DNA of 64,000 nucleotides from Polyangiales bacterium (lineage in GTDB: Bacteria; Myxococcota_A; Polyangia; Polyangiales; JADJQN01): NCBI GenBank assembly GCA_964202905.1, contig CAXNJO010000002.1:224001-288000 (forward strand), in the 5' to 3' direction. The position numbers and the translations under genes were made by a program. Below are positions 1-10,134 of this stretch, piece after piece. How positions within the stretch are numbered: the first letter of the stretch is position 1; every line of letters starts with the position of its first letter. The notes under the pieces are model-generated. The model worked only from the letters and a program-made list of their open reading frames with translations, had not been told where the DNA came from and did not search any database.

Positions 1-194
1 TCGACCCGCGTGCCCTCGCGCGCGCGGCCCCGCTGCGCGGCCCGCTCCCCGCCTGGAGCGAGCCCGCCGCGCTCGGCGATCCGCGGCGCGCGCTCTTCCT
101 CGCCGGCTCGCTCACGCACGCTGCGGGCGCGGACGACGTCGCCCGCGCCTACGCGACACGGGCCGCCGAGCTCGGCCTGCCGGAAGCTCAATAA
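1..194 (+). CDS. 3' end of a hypothetical protein (partial, enters from left edge)
   Basis: Frame 3 is open from base 3 (DPRALARAAPLRGPLPAWSEP...ELGLPEAQ) to TAA at 192-194 with host-like GC3-rich codons. Confidence 0.6.
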   Translation, partial: DPRALARAAPLRGPLPAWSEPAALGDPRRALFLAGSLTHAAGADDVARAYATRAAELGLPEAQ

Positions 195-236
195 CCGAAC
201 GATTCCAAATACTTTAAGGCGACACTGCGCCGCGCT

Positions 237-1214
237 TCACAGCGCGTCGCGGAACACGACGCCGTCGAACTCCTCCGCGGAAAACGGCATCGCGAGGCGC
301 TCGCGCCGCGCGTGGGCGCGAAGGTACACGCTGCCGCGGTCGCCGAAGCGCGTCGGGTAGTAGTTCATCTCGGTCACGAGGAAGCGCGCACGCGCGGCGG
401 TCGTCGGCAGGGCCTCGACGCGGGCCCGCGTCGGCGCGTGACGGCAGGCCGCGAGCACGGCCGCGACGCGCTCACCCGAGAAGTCGTCGTCGTCGGGTGC
501 GGGCGCATCGTCCACGGGCGGGCGGGCCGGATCGACGGGCGTCGGCACGGTGCCGCGCCAGAAGCTCACCTCGCCGGGCCGCGCGAAGGGATCGACGGGC
601 GCGCCGTCGAGCCAGCAATGGAAGTGCACGTGCGGGATGCCGAGCGGGAACGTCGAGAAACCGTCGAGGCCGCTGTAGCCGGTGACGCCCACGCGGTCGC
701 CCGTGCGCAGCACGTCCCCCTCGCGGACGAGCGTGCGCGCGAGGTGCACCGACACCGTGAAGAGGCCGTCGCCGTGGTCGATCGCGACCTTCAGCCCGCC
801 GCGGTTGAACTCCGTCCACACCCGCGCGACGACGCCGCTCGCGGCCGCGAGCAACACCGAGCCGACGGGCACGGCGAAGTCGGTGCCGTTGTGGCTGTCG
901 TACGTGAGCCCGCGCCCGCGGAAGTCCTCGACCTGCGTGCGGCGCACCGACCAGCCCTGCTCGATCGGCGTCTGCCGGTGGTTGTAGAGGTTCGAGAGGA
1001 TCGCGCGACGCGGAACGGGGAAGCGCCCCAGCCAGAGCGGCGGTGCGAGGCGCGGCTCGAGCATCGAGAGGCTCGTGAGATCGAAGCGCGAGGGCGGCAC
1101 ACCGGGCGCACCGCGCAGCGCGACGAGCGCCTCGCGCAAGCGCTGCCGCGGTGGCGCGAGGCCGAGCATCTCGACGAAAGAGGGGAACCGGGTCTCGTGA
1201 TCACGCACGCTCAC
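237..1214 (-). CDS. M23 family metallopeptidase
   Basis: Zn motifs HNGTD (HxxxD) and PHVHF (HxH), plus GxVLLAAASGVV and IDHGDG...HL. Likely GTG start at 1214 overlaps the kinase stop (GTGA). No evident signal peptide. Confidence 0.85.
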   Translation of the reverse strand: MSVRDHETRFPSFVEMLGLAPPRQRLREALVALRGAPGVPPSRFDLTSLSMLEPRLAPPLWLGRFPVPRRAILSNLYNHRQTPIEQGWSVRRTQVEDFRGRGLTYDSHNGTDFAVPVGSVLLAAASGVVARVWTEFNRGGLKVAIDHGDGLFTVSVHLARTLVREGDVLRTGDRVGVTGYSGLDGFSTFPLGIPHVHFHCWLDGAPVDPFARPGEVSFWRGTVPTPVDPARPPVDDAPAPDDDDFSGERVAAVLAACRHAPTRARVEALPTTAARARFLVTEMNYYPTRFGDRGSVYLRAHARRERLAMPFSAEEFDGVVFRDAL

Positions 1215-4200
1215 AGGCACCTCACGAACTCGCGCCCGAACTCGAGCGGATAGGGCCGATCCTTCGGGTCCTTGGCGGTCGCCGCGCGCATCAGGCGGAC
1301 GAGCGCCGCGGGGTAGGTGGCGACGCGCGCCGGGTCCTCGAGCGGCTCCCGGTTCATGTGGGCGACGATGCGCTCGCGCCCGGCCTCGACGTCGTCGAAG
1401 AAGGTGCGTCCCGTCGTGACGGCGTAGATCGTCCCGGCGAGCGCGTAGACGTCGGCGCGCCCGTCGAGCTCCACCGGGTCGAGCACCTGCTCGGGCGCGA
1501 TGAACCCGGGCGTCCCGGCGATGAAACGGCCCGCCGACTCGACCTCGACGCGCATCGCGCGCACCATGCCGAAGTCGATGACCACCGTCGCGAGGGGCGG
1601 TGCGGTCGCCGGGTCACGGTGGCGCGTGGGATCGAAGCCCTGCCCGCCCGGGAGCGGCAGGCGCAGCCAGAGGTTCGCGGGCTTGACGTCGCGGTGCACG
1701 AGCCCCGCGCCGTGCAGGGCGGCGAGTCCCGCGCACGACTCGAGCACGACCTGCCGCAGCTCGAAGAGCGACATCAACCGCGCGGTCGCGTACTGCTTCA
1801 GATCCGCGCCGAGCAGCAGCTCGAGCACGAGATAGGGCGCGTCGCTCTCGACGCCACGCTCGATGATGTTCGCGACGTTCGGGTGATAGAGGCCGGCGAG
1901 GGCCCGCGCCTCCTCGACGAACGAGGCGAGGATCCCCTCGCGCTCCGTGTCGCTCGCCCGCGCGAGGGCCTCCTGCTTCGGGGTCTTCAGCACGAAGAAG
2001 CGATCCGCGTCGGGCTTGCGGACGAGCCACACCGTGCCGATGCCGCCCTCGCCGATCGGACGCACGAGCTGGTAGCCGGCGATGACCTTCGGCTCGGGGC
2101 GCTTCTTCGCCGGAGGCGGGGGCGGCGTGCGGCGCACGGCGCCGAGCACCGCGGCCTCGACCAGCGCCGAGGACACGGGACCGAGCGAGGTGAACCAGAC
2201 CTCGAGCAGCGAGACGTCGCGTGCGCGGATGCTGCGCGCGACGAGCGCGGCCACACGCGGCGCGTTCTCCGTCGCGGCGCGCGAGAGCGAGTCTTCGGCC
2301 GTCGCGTACGACGCGGGGTGGAGCGCCTTCACCGGATCGGCGAGCGCGCCCTGCACGCGCTCGGCCGCGAGCACGAGCTGCAGGCACAGGGCCTCGAGGT
2401 TCGGCCGGGTCCCGGCGGCCACGGCGAAGGCCGCGAGCGCCTGCGCGAGGCCGAGCAGCGCCTGCGCGAGCTCGGTGTCGTCGGCGAAGAGCGCGCGGAG
2501 CGCGTCCGCGGCAGCGGGGCCCCAGGCGCCATCGACGCTCGCGGCCGAGACGCTCTCGCGGAGCCGCTCGGCCTGCGCGCAGCAGAGTTCGAGCGCGTCC
2601 TCGGCGAGCATCGGCAGCGCCGTGCCGAGCGCGCGCAACGTGCCCGGCCGGTCGATCACGAGCGCCCACCACGCGGCGAAGGGACCGAGCCAACGCACGT
2701 CCTCGATCTCGCCGAGCGACGCCCCGCGCGTCGTGTCGACGAGCCGCCAGAAGAGCGCGCTCAGCGAGGCCCGGAGCGGCTGCGGAAGCGCGCGCGCGCC
2801 GTCGCCGAGCCCGTCGATCCTGCGCAGCCAGAGGCAGATCCCATGCGCGGTGTTCCCGCGGCCCGGTCCCACGTCGGCCCCGTCGCCGCACGCGTCGAGC
2901 GCGTATCCACCGAGTCGCAGCGCGACGATCTCGAGTCCCAGCTCGAACTGCGGATCGCGTGTCGAGGGATCGGGCGCACGCCGCTGGTCGGCGACGAGCT
3001 CGAGCAGCTCCTCCGGCGCCCGCGCGACGAGCTGCCACGTCTCCTCCAGCGCGGGCAGCGGCACGGGCGCGCCGGCCGGGCGCGTCGCGAGCAGCGGACC
3101 CCAGAGCCGCAGCGCGAGCGCGCGCGCACAGCCCTCGAAGGCGTTGAGCGCGGCCGCGCGGTGGCGCAGCGAGCCGCCCGAGAGCGCGACGCGACGCGCC
3201 TCGGCGAACGTCGGACCGAGCGTGTCCGCGAAGCGCGCGGCCCGCGCGTCGGCCTCCTCGTCGTCGTACTGCGCGGCGAGCCGCACGAGGTTCTCGAGCC
3301 CGAGCTCGAGGTCGAGCGGATCGCGCTCGGCGCCGTCGACGGGATCGGTGACCGCGATGACCTCGAGCCACCGCCGCCAATCCTCGAGCGTGTCGGCCCG
3401 CGCGCGCCGCGCCTGCTCGCGCAGCTGCCGCAGGGGCGGCTCGACCGCGGCCTGCTGCACGCCGCGCCGCCAGAGCGAGGCGAGGCCCCGCGCGAGCGCC
3501 CGCGCCGCGATCGCGCCGCCATCCCCCGCCGCGACGCGCGCCGCGAGGCGGTCCCAGAGCGCGCGGCTCTCGACGAAGAGGTAGGGGGTCGCCGCGGCGA
3601 CGGCGGCGAGGGCCCAGGACTCCTCCCCGGGCGCGTCGAGCACCGCGGAGAGCTCGCTCCCGAGGGAGCGCAGCCGCTCCCCGGGGAGCGACGCGAAGGC
3701 CGTCATCGCGCGCTGGCGCAGGAGCGGCGACTCCCCGCGCACCCAGTCGAGCAGCGTCCCCTCGAGCGGCTCGATCGCGCCCGTCAGCCTGCCGAGCGCG
3801 CGCGCAGCGTGCACCCACACGAGCGGCTCGGGGTGCAGCAGCAGCGGCTGCAGCACCTGCAGCGTCCGCCCGACGAGCGCGGGGTCGGTACCCGCCGGCA
3901 GGCCGCGCCCGCACACCTCGAGACAGCGCGCCGCGAGCACGCGCCCGCGCAGCGTGCCGCGCGCCGGCTCGCCGACGAGCGCGTCGAAATTCGACACCGA
4001 GCTCCACAGCCACGCGGCGAGTTCCGGGGCCGCGAGCGCGCTCGCCCCGGCCTCCCACACGAGGATCTCGAGGCGCGCACGCGCTTGCGTGTTCTCCGGG
4101 AGCGCGAGCGCCGCGCCGTCGCCGAGCAGCGGCGCGCACGCGAGCGCGTCGACGAGCGGCCCCTCGAGCACGCGGTCACGCGCGGCCGCGACGCCGCGCG

Positions 4201-4531
4201 CGCGGAGCGACGGTTCGGCGACGGCGGACGCGAGCAGCCGCACGAGCCGCGCGTCCCGGTGGCTCGCGCTCGCCGCGCACCACGTGAGGAGGAGTTCGCC
4301 CTCGGCGCCCCCGAGCCGCTGCGCGAGCTCGCCCGCGCTCGTCGGCGAGCGCGTCAGCGTCGGCAGCGCGCGCTCGAGCACGTCTGCGGCCGCCGCGGCC
4401 GGCTCCGTGAGCGCCGCCGCCCCGCCCGCACCGCGGCGCCAGCGCTCCTCGAGCGCGGGGAGCAGCGCGGGGAATGCACCGGGATCCGCGGCGAGCAGGG
4501 CGAGCGCGTCCTTCACGGGGGCGGGCAGCAT
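1211..4531 (-). CDS. Ser/Thr protein kinase with long N-terminal helical (HEAT/ARM-like) region and C-terminal kinase domain
   Basis: C-terminal motifs GEGGIGTV, VLK, HRDVKPAN, DFG, GTPGFIAPE, DVYALA. About 800 aa of Leu/Ala-rich helical sequence precedes them. ATG at 4531 (MLPAPVKD). Confidence 0.85.
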   Translation of the reverse strand: MLPAPVKDALALLAADPGAFPALLPALEERWRRGAGGAAALTEPAAAAADVLERALPTLTRSPTSAGELAQRLGGAEGELLLTWCAASASHRDARLVRLLASAVAEPSLRARGVAAARDRVLEGPLVDALACAPLLGDGAALALPENTQARARLEILVWEAGASALAAPELAAWLWSSVSNFDALVGEPARGTLRGRVLAARCLEVCGRGLPAGTDPALVGRTLQVLQPLLLHPEPLVWVHAARALGRLTGAIEPLEGTLLDWVRGESPLLRQRAMTAFASLPGERLRSLGSELSAVLDAPGEESWALAAVAAATPYLFVESRALWDRLAARVAAGDGGAIAARALARGLASLWRRGVQQAAVEPPLRQLREQARRARADTLEDWRRWLEVIAVTDPVDGAERDPLDLELGLENLVRLAAQYDDEEADARAARFADTLGPTFAEARRVALSGGSLRHRAAALNAFEGCARALALRLWGPLLATRPAGAPVPLPALEETWQLVARAPEELLELVADQRRAPDPSTRDPQFELGLEIVALRLGGYALDACGDGADVGPGRGNTAHGICLWLRRIDGLGDGARALPQPLRASLSALFWRLVDTTRGASLGEIEDVRWLGPFAAWWALVIDRPGTLRALGTALPMLAEDALELCCAQAERLRESVSAASVDGAWGPAAADALRALFADDTELAQALLGLAQALAAFAVAAGTRPNLEALCLQLVLAAERVQGALADPVKALHPASYATAEDSLSRAATENAPRVAALVARSIRARDVSLLEVWFTSLGPVSSALVEAAVLGAVRRTPPPPPAKKRPEPKVIAGYQLVRPIGEGGIGTVWLVRKPDADRFFVLKTPKQEALARASDTEREGILASFVEEARALAGLYHPNVANIIERGVESDAPYLVLELLLGADLKQYATARLMSLFELRQVVLESCAGLAALHGAGLVHRDVKPANLWLRLPLPGGQGFDPTRHRDPATAPPLATVVIDFGMVRAMRVEVESAGRFIAGTPGFIAPEQVLDPVELDGRADVYALAGTIYAVTTGRTFFDDVEAGRERIVAHMNREPLEDPARVATYPAALVRLMRAATAKDPKDRPYPLEFGREFVRCL

Positions 4532-4640
4532 GGCGCCGCCGAGCGTACACCCGTGCCGCGGCGCCCGGGGCGCGTGACCGAGCGCCACCCGCCGCACGAG
4601 CCCGCTGACGGTCCGGGCGATTCGTGGGACAACGCGGCCG

Positions 4641-5156
4641 ATGCGACACCGCACCCACGGCAGCGGCCGCTTCGAGCCCGCGCAGATCGCGACGCTCGGC
4701 GAGGGCTGCGTGATCGAGGACGGGGTGCTCGTCTTCCATCCGGAGCACGTGCACCTCGGTCGCAACGTCTACGTGGGCCACCAGACGATCCTCAAGGGCT
4801 ACTACAAGCACGCGCTGCGCATCGGCGACGAGACGTGGATCGGCCAGCAGTGCTTCCTGCACGCGGCGGGCGGCATCACGATCGGCGCGCGCGTCGGCAT
4901 CGGGCCGGGCGTCCGCATCCTCACCTCGACGCACGCCGAAGCCGGGCGCGACACGCCGATCCTCTTCTCTCCGATCGACTTCGCCCCCGTCGTCATCGAG
5001 GACGACGCGGACCTCGGCGTCGGCACGATCGTGCTCCCCGGCGTCACGATCGGCCGCGGCGCGCAGCTCGGCGCAGGCGCCGTCGTCACCGCGGACGTGC
5101 CCGCCTACGCGGTCGCCGCGGGCGTCCCCGCGCGTGTGATACGGATGCGGCCATGA
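4641..5156 (+). CDS. Hexapeptide-repeat (left-handed beta-helix) O-acyltransferase
   Basis: GGITIGARVGIGPGVRILTSTH and PVVIEDDADLGVGTIVLPGVTIGRGAQLGAGAVVT..VP..AVAAGVPARVI are typical of the maltose/galactoside acetyltransferase family. Confidence 0.88.
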   Translation: MRHRTHGSGRFEPAQIATLGEGCVIEDGVLVFHPEHVHLGRNVYVGHQTILKGYYKHALRIGDETWIGQQCFLHAAGGITIGARVGIGPGVRILTSTHAEAGRDTPILFSPIDFAPVVIEDDADLGVGTIVLPGVTIGRGAQLGAGAVVTADVPAYAVAAGVPARVIRMRP

Positions 5157-5869
5157 GCGCGCGCGACGACCTCTCGATCGTCGTCTTCGCGTTCGACGAG
5201 GAAGAGAACATCGCCGCGGTCCTCGGGGAGCTGCGCGCGTGGCTCGCGCAGCACGAGCCCGACGCGGAGCTCGTGTTCGTCGACGACGGCTCCCGCGACC
5301 GCACCCGCGACGAGGCCGCCCGCGCGCTCGCCGGGATGCGCTCCGTGATCCTCCGCCACGAGCGCAACCGCGGCATCGGCGCGGCCCTGAAGACCGGCGT
5401 CGCCGCGGCGAGCGGCGCGTTCGTCACGTTCCTGCCCGCCGACGGTCAGATCGCGCCGGAGGCCGTGCGCACCCTGCGCGACGCGCAGCGGGCGCGCGAC
5501 GCCGACGTCGTGCTCAGCGTCTACGACCACCGCGACGACGGGCTCGATCGCAAGGTCCTCTCGGCCGGCGTGCGCGCGCTCATCACGCTCGTGCACGGCG
5601 TGCGGCTGCACAGCGACGGCCCTTACCTCTTTCGCCGCGCGCTCTTCGTGCCCGCGCAGCTGCCGCCGGACACGTTCTTTCTCAACTTCGAGTTCCCGAT
5701 CCGCGTCCTCGCCGCGGGCCTGCGCGTCGCGACCGTGACCATCGCCTGTCGGCCGCGGCGCGCCGGCGCCTCGAAATCGACCGGCCTGCGCCGCGTCGCC
5801 GGCGTCGCCCGCGACCTGCTCGAGCTCCGGGTGCGCCGCGTGCGCGAGGCCGCCCGCGCGCTCCGCTGA
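5153..5869 (+). CDS. Glycosyltransferase family 2 (DPM synthase-like)
   Basis: SIVVFAFDEEENI, VDDGSRDRT, NRGIGAALKTG, LPADGQ. ATG overlaps the upstream stop (ATGA). Confidence 0.85.
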   Translation: MSARDDLSIVVFAFDEEENIAAVLGELRAWLAQHEPDAELVFVDDGSRDRTRDEAARALAGMRSVILRHERNRGIGAALKTGVAAASGAFVTFLPADGQIAPEAVRTLRDAQRARDADVVLSVYDHRDDGLDRKVLSAGVRALITLVHGVRLHSDGPYLFRRALFVPAQLPPDTFFLNFEFPIRVLAAGLRVATVTIACRPRRAGASKSTGLRRVAGVARDLLELRVRRVREAARALR

Positions 5870-5978
5870 GCGCACGGCGCGGCCGCCTCTGACACGCGCC
5901 GGCCCCCGATAAACCAGCAACCTCGGATACTTACGCGCTATCCGGCGCGTTCGCTCCGCGCGACGCAGCGGGAACGGC

Positions 5979-7517
5979 TCACGCGCTGCGGAGGCGGTCG
6001 CGCAGCGTCGAGCGGGGCAGGCCGAGCGTGCGGGCGGCGGCCGAGAGATTGCCCCGGTGCGCCTCGACGACGGCCGCGAGCGAGTCGCCGCGCGGCGAGG
6101 CGTCCTCGCGCGCCTCCGGGCCGCCGAGCCGCAGGAGCGCGCGCTCGACGTCGTCGCGATCGAGCGTGCCCGCAGCGCTCAGCGCCGTCGCGGCGCGGAG
6201 CACGTTGCGCAGCTCGCGCGCGTTGCCCGGCCAGGGATGCACGAGGAGGCGCTGGTACGCGCGCTCCGTGAGCGTCCGGCACCCGGCCTCGCGCCCAATC
6301 TCCTCGAGGAAGTGCGCGGCGAGCGCCCGCACGTCCTCGGGGCGCGCACGCAGCGGCGGCACCTCGAGCGGGCACTGCGCGATGCGGTAGTAGAGGTCGC
6401 GCCGGAACGTGCCTGCGCCCACCATCTGCCGCAGATCGCGGTGCGACGCGCACACGAGACGCACGTCGACGCGCAGCGCCGCCTCGCCGCCCACGCGCCG
6501 CACCTCGCCGCTGTCGAGTACGCGCAGCAGGCGGGCCTGCAGGTCGAGCGGGAGCTCGGCGATCTCGTCGAGGAAGAGCGTCCCCCCATCCGCGAGCTCG
6601 AAGGCGCCGCGCCGCTGCGCGCTCGCGCCCGTGAACGCGCCCTTCTCGTGCCCGAAGAGCTCGCTCTCGATGAGCTCGCGCGTGAGGCTCCCGGCGTTCA
6701 GCGTGACGAGCGGCCGTGAGGCCCGCGGCCCGCGCTGGTGGAGCGCACGCGCGAGGCCCTCCTTGCCCGCGCCGCTCTCGCCGTGGATGAGCACCGTCCA
6801 CGGGAGCCGCGCGAGGCGCTCGACCTCGGCGAGCACGGTCAACATCCGCGGCGACGCGGCGACGATGCCCTCGCGCCGCGCGTCGCCGCTGCGGCCGCGC
6901 ACGAGGAGCGCGACGTCCGTGCGCCCGACGCGCAGCTGCCCGCCGACGCCGAGCCGCGCGCGCTCGACCCGCAGCCCATCGATCCACGTGCCGTTGCGGC
7001 TCCCGAGATCGCGCACGGCGATCCCGTCGGCGCAGGGCTCGAGGCGGCAGTGGTGCGCGCTCACCGTGCGATCGAGCAGAACGAGGTCGTTGTCGGGCGC
7101 GGAGCCCACCGCGACCGGGCGACCCTCGAGCGCGAGCCGCCGCGCCTCGGGGCCGCGGCCGACGACGAGCGCGAGCGCCTCGGAGTCCCCGCGCACGGCG
7201 ACCACGGGCTCGGTGCGCGTCGCGGGCGCGTGCGGCCGGGTCGGCACCTCGGGCAGGCGGCAGAGCGTGTGCCGACCGAGCGCGAGCGGCTCTTCCGCGA
7301 CGAGCGGGCGCGCACCGACGGTCGGCCGGCCGGTCGCGCGGAGGTCGTAGACGAGCACGCCGCCGCCGCGCGCGACGAGGAGCGCGTGCCGCTCGGCGAC
7401 GGCCTCGTCGTGCACGACGATGTCGCACGAGGCGCCGCGACCGACCTCGATCGGGCTCGCGCCGAGGGTGAACGCGCGCAGGGGTTCGTCGCGGTAGCAG
7501 AGCATCAAGGCTTCCAT
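5979..7517 (-). CDS. FHA-domain sigma54-dependent enhancer-binding protein with Fis HTH
   Basis: Two FHA-like segments (VGRGASCDI..VAERHA; VGSAPDNDL..VSAHH..DLGSRNGT), then GESGAGKE, ESELFGHEKGAFTGA, LFLDEI, WPGNARELRN and a C-terminal HTH. GGAGGA lies just upstream of the ATG. Confidence 0.92.
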   Translation of the reverse strand: MEALMLCYRDEPLRAFTLGASPIEVGRGASCDIVVHDEAVAERHALLVARGGGVLVYDLRATGRPTVGARPLVAEEPLALGRHTLCRLPEVPTRPHAPATRTEPVVAVRGDSEALALVVGRGPEARRLALEGRPVAVGSAPDNDLVLLDRTVSAHHCRLEPCADGIAVRDLGSRNGTWIDGLRVERARLGVGGQLRVGRTDVALLVRGRSGDARREGIVAASPRMLTVLAEVERLARLPWTVLIHGESGAGKEGLARALHQRGPRASRPLVTLNAGSLTRELIESELFGHEKGAFTGASAQRRGAFELADGGTLFLDEIAELPLDLQARLLRVLDSGEVRRVGGEAALRVDVRLVCASHRDLRQMVGAGTFRRDLYYRIAQCPLEVPPLRARPEDVRALAAHFLEEIGREAGCRTLTERAYQRLLVHPWPGNARELRNVLRAATALSAAGTLDRDDVERALLRLGGPEAREDASPRGDSLAAVVEAHRGNLSAAARTLGLPRSTLRDRLRSA

Positions 7518-7638
7518 GATTCCTCCGGGGTCGAAGACGGCGCGCGTTATCGCGGCCCCTCGCCGCGCGGTTGTCGTGCGCGCGCAGACGCACCGGATGC
7601 CTTGAAACGCGGGGAGCGAGCGGGTAGCGTCGCGCCGC

Positions 7639-8754
<1,116 letters not shown>

Positions 8755-8802
8755 AGTCCGGCGCCCGTTCGACCACCCCAAGGACCACGAGGCGAGACCG
8801 CG

Positions 8803-9189
8803 ATGTCGCAGAACCCGAAGGATCTCCGCTACACGAACGACCACGAGTGGGCACGCAAGGAGGGCGACCTCCTCCGCGTCGGCATCACGCTGCACGCGGT
8901 CGCGCAGCTCGGGGACATCACGCTCGTCGACCTCGCCGCCGCGGGGACGCGCCTCGCAGCGCACGCGCGCTTCGGCGACATCGAGTCGGTCAAGGCCGTG
9001 AGCGAGCTGTTCGCGCCGGTCGCCGGCGAGATCGTCGAGCGCAACGCCGCGCTCGAGTCCGCGCCCGAGACGGTGAACGCCGACGCGTACGGGGCGGGCT
9101 GGATGGTGCTCATCCGCCCGGCCGACCCGGCGGCCTACGACGCCCTGCTCGACGCCGACGCCTACGACGCGCTGCTCGGCTCGCTCTGA
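8803..9189 (+). CDS. gcvH: Glycine cleavage system H protein
   Basis: YTNDHEW, VGIT..A..QLGDI, lipoyl-lysine motif IESVKAVSEL, PETVNADAYGAGW. Confidence 0.95.
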   Translation: MSQNPKDLRYTNDHEWARKEGDLLRVGITLHAVAQLGDITLVDLAAAGTRLAAHARFGDIESVKAVSELFAPVAGEIVERNAALESAPETVNADAYGAGWMVLIRPADPAAYDALLDADAYDALLGSL

Positions 9190-9320
9190 GCGGCGACGGG
9201 GACGCGCGCGCCCCTGGCTGCGCGAGCACGACTCCGGCGCGCGATGCGCGCCGCGTGGGGGCGACGGGCCACGCTGGCACGCTCGCCGGGATGGATGAAC
9301 GCGGACGCAGGGAGACCACC

Positions 9321-9986
9321 ATGCAGAAGTTCGACAAGGCGACGACGATTCTCTTCGGGGCCCTCGTGCTCGCCGGCGTGCTCGCCTGCGGCCGCGGAGG
9401 CAACAACGCGACGCCGCCCGCGCCGGCCGTCCCGCCGGTCCCCGCCGTGCCGACGCCGTTCGTCCCGCCGGTGCAGATGCCCGTGCCCGTCGTGCCGCCG
9501 CCCCCCCTCCCCGGCGCGCAGGTCGTGCAGCCCGGCGCGGGGCTCGACTCCAACTTCGGCACGGTCATGCTCTCGACCGGCTTCATGCCCGACCCGAAGG
9601 TCGCGCAGGGCCGCTCGGGCGGCGCGCGCGATGCAGCCACGATCAGCCCCGGCTGCGCGGGCTGGGTCGACGCGAACAAGCCCGATCACGTCTTCATCGC
9701 ACAGACGGCCTTCGGCGCGAATTTCCGCATCCTCGCGCACTCGACCTCGCAGCCGCAGCAGGACATCACCCTCCTCGTCCAGAAGCCGGACGGCACGTAC
9801 ATGTGCAACGACGACGCGGCGCCGCCCGCGACGGATCCCATCGTCACCGGCAACTCGCTCATGCCCGGCGTCTACAAGATCTGGGTCGGCAGCTACCAGC
9901 AGGGCCAGTTCGCGGACTACCGCATCGCCTTCACGGAGCTCAACTCGGTGACGACGGACTCGCTGCAGAACACCGCGCCGAACTGA
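9321..9986 (+). CDS. Lipoprotein with Pro-rich linker and C-terminal PPC-like beta-sandwich domain
   Basis: Lipobox VLAC, Pro-rich stretch, then [15 protein letters not shown]...CAGW...PDH...[10 protein letters not shown]...[10 protein letters not shown]. Confidence 0.65.
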   Translation: MQKFDKATTILFGALVLAGVLACGRGGNNATPPAPAVPPVPAVPTPFVPPVQMPVPVVPPPPLPGAQVVQPGAGLDSNFGTVMLSTGFMPDPKVAQGRSGGARDAATISPGCAGWVDANKPDHVFIAQTAFGANFRILAHSTSQPQQDITLLVQKPDGTYMCNDDAAPPATDPIVTGNSLMPGVYKIWVGSYQQGQFADYRIAFTELNSVTTDSLQNTAPN

Positions 9987-10134
9987 GCACGCCGCGCAGA
10001 GCGGCCCGCCCCGCGCGCGCCGCTCCCCCGAGGCCCCGTCCGGTACACCCGGGCGGGGCCTTCGTCGTCGTCGCGCTGCGAGCGCCACTCGGGCCTCGCC
10101 GCCGCGCGCCGAAACGGGTATCTCTTCGGCCGCC

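Noticed and set aside
1151..5152. Very long alternative ORFs (e.g. 1151-5869 +, 5938-8964 -, 29141-31771 +, 41061-43898 -, 53369-55687 +)
   Set aside because: Antisense or shifted-frame shadows of real genes; stops are rare at this GC content, and the translations are Arg/Ala/Gly-rich with no motifs. Only the 3' part of 1151-5869 (from 5153) is a real gene.
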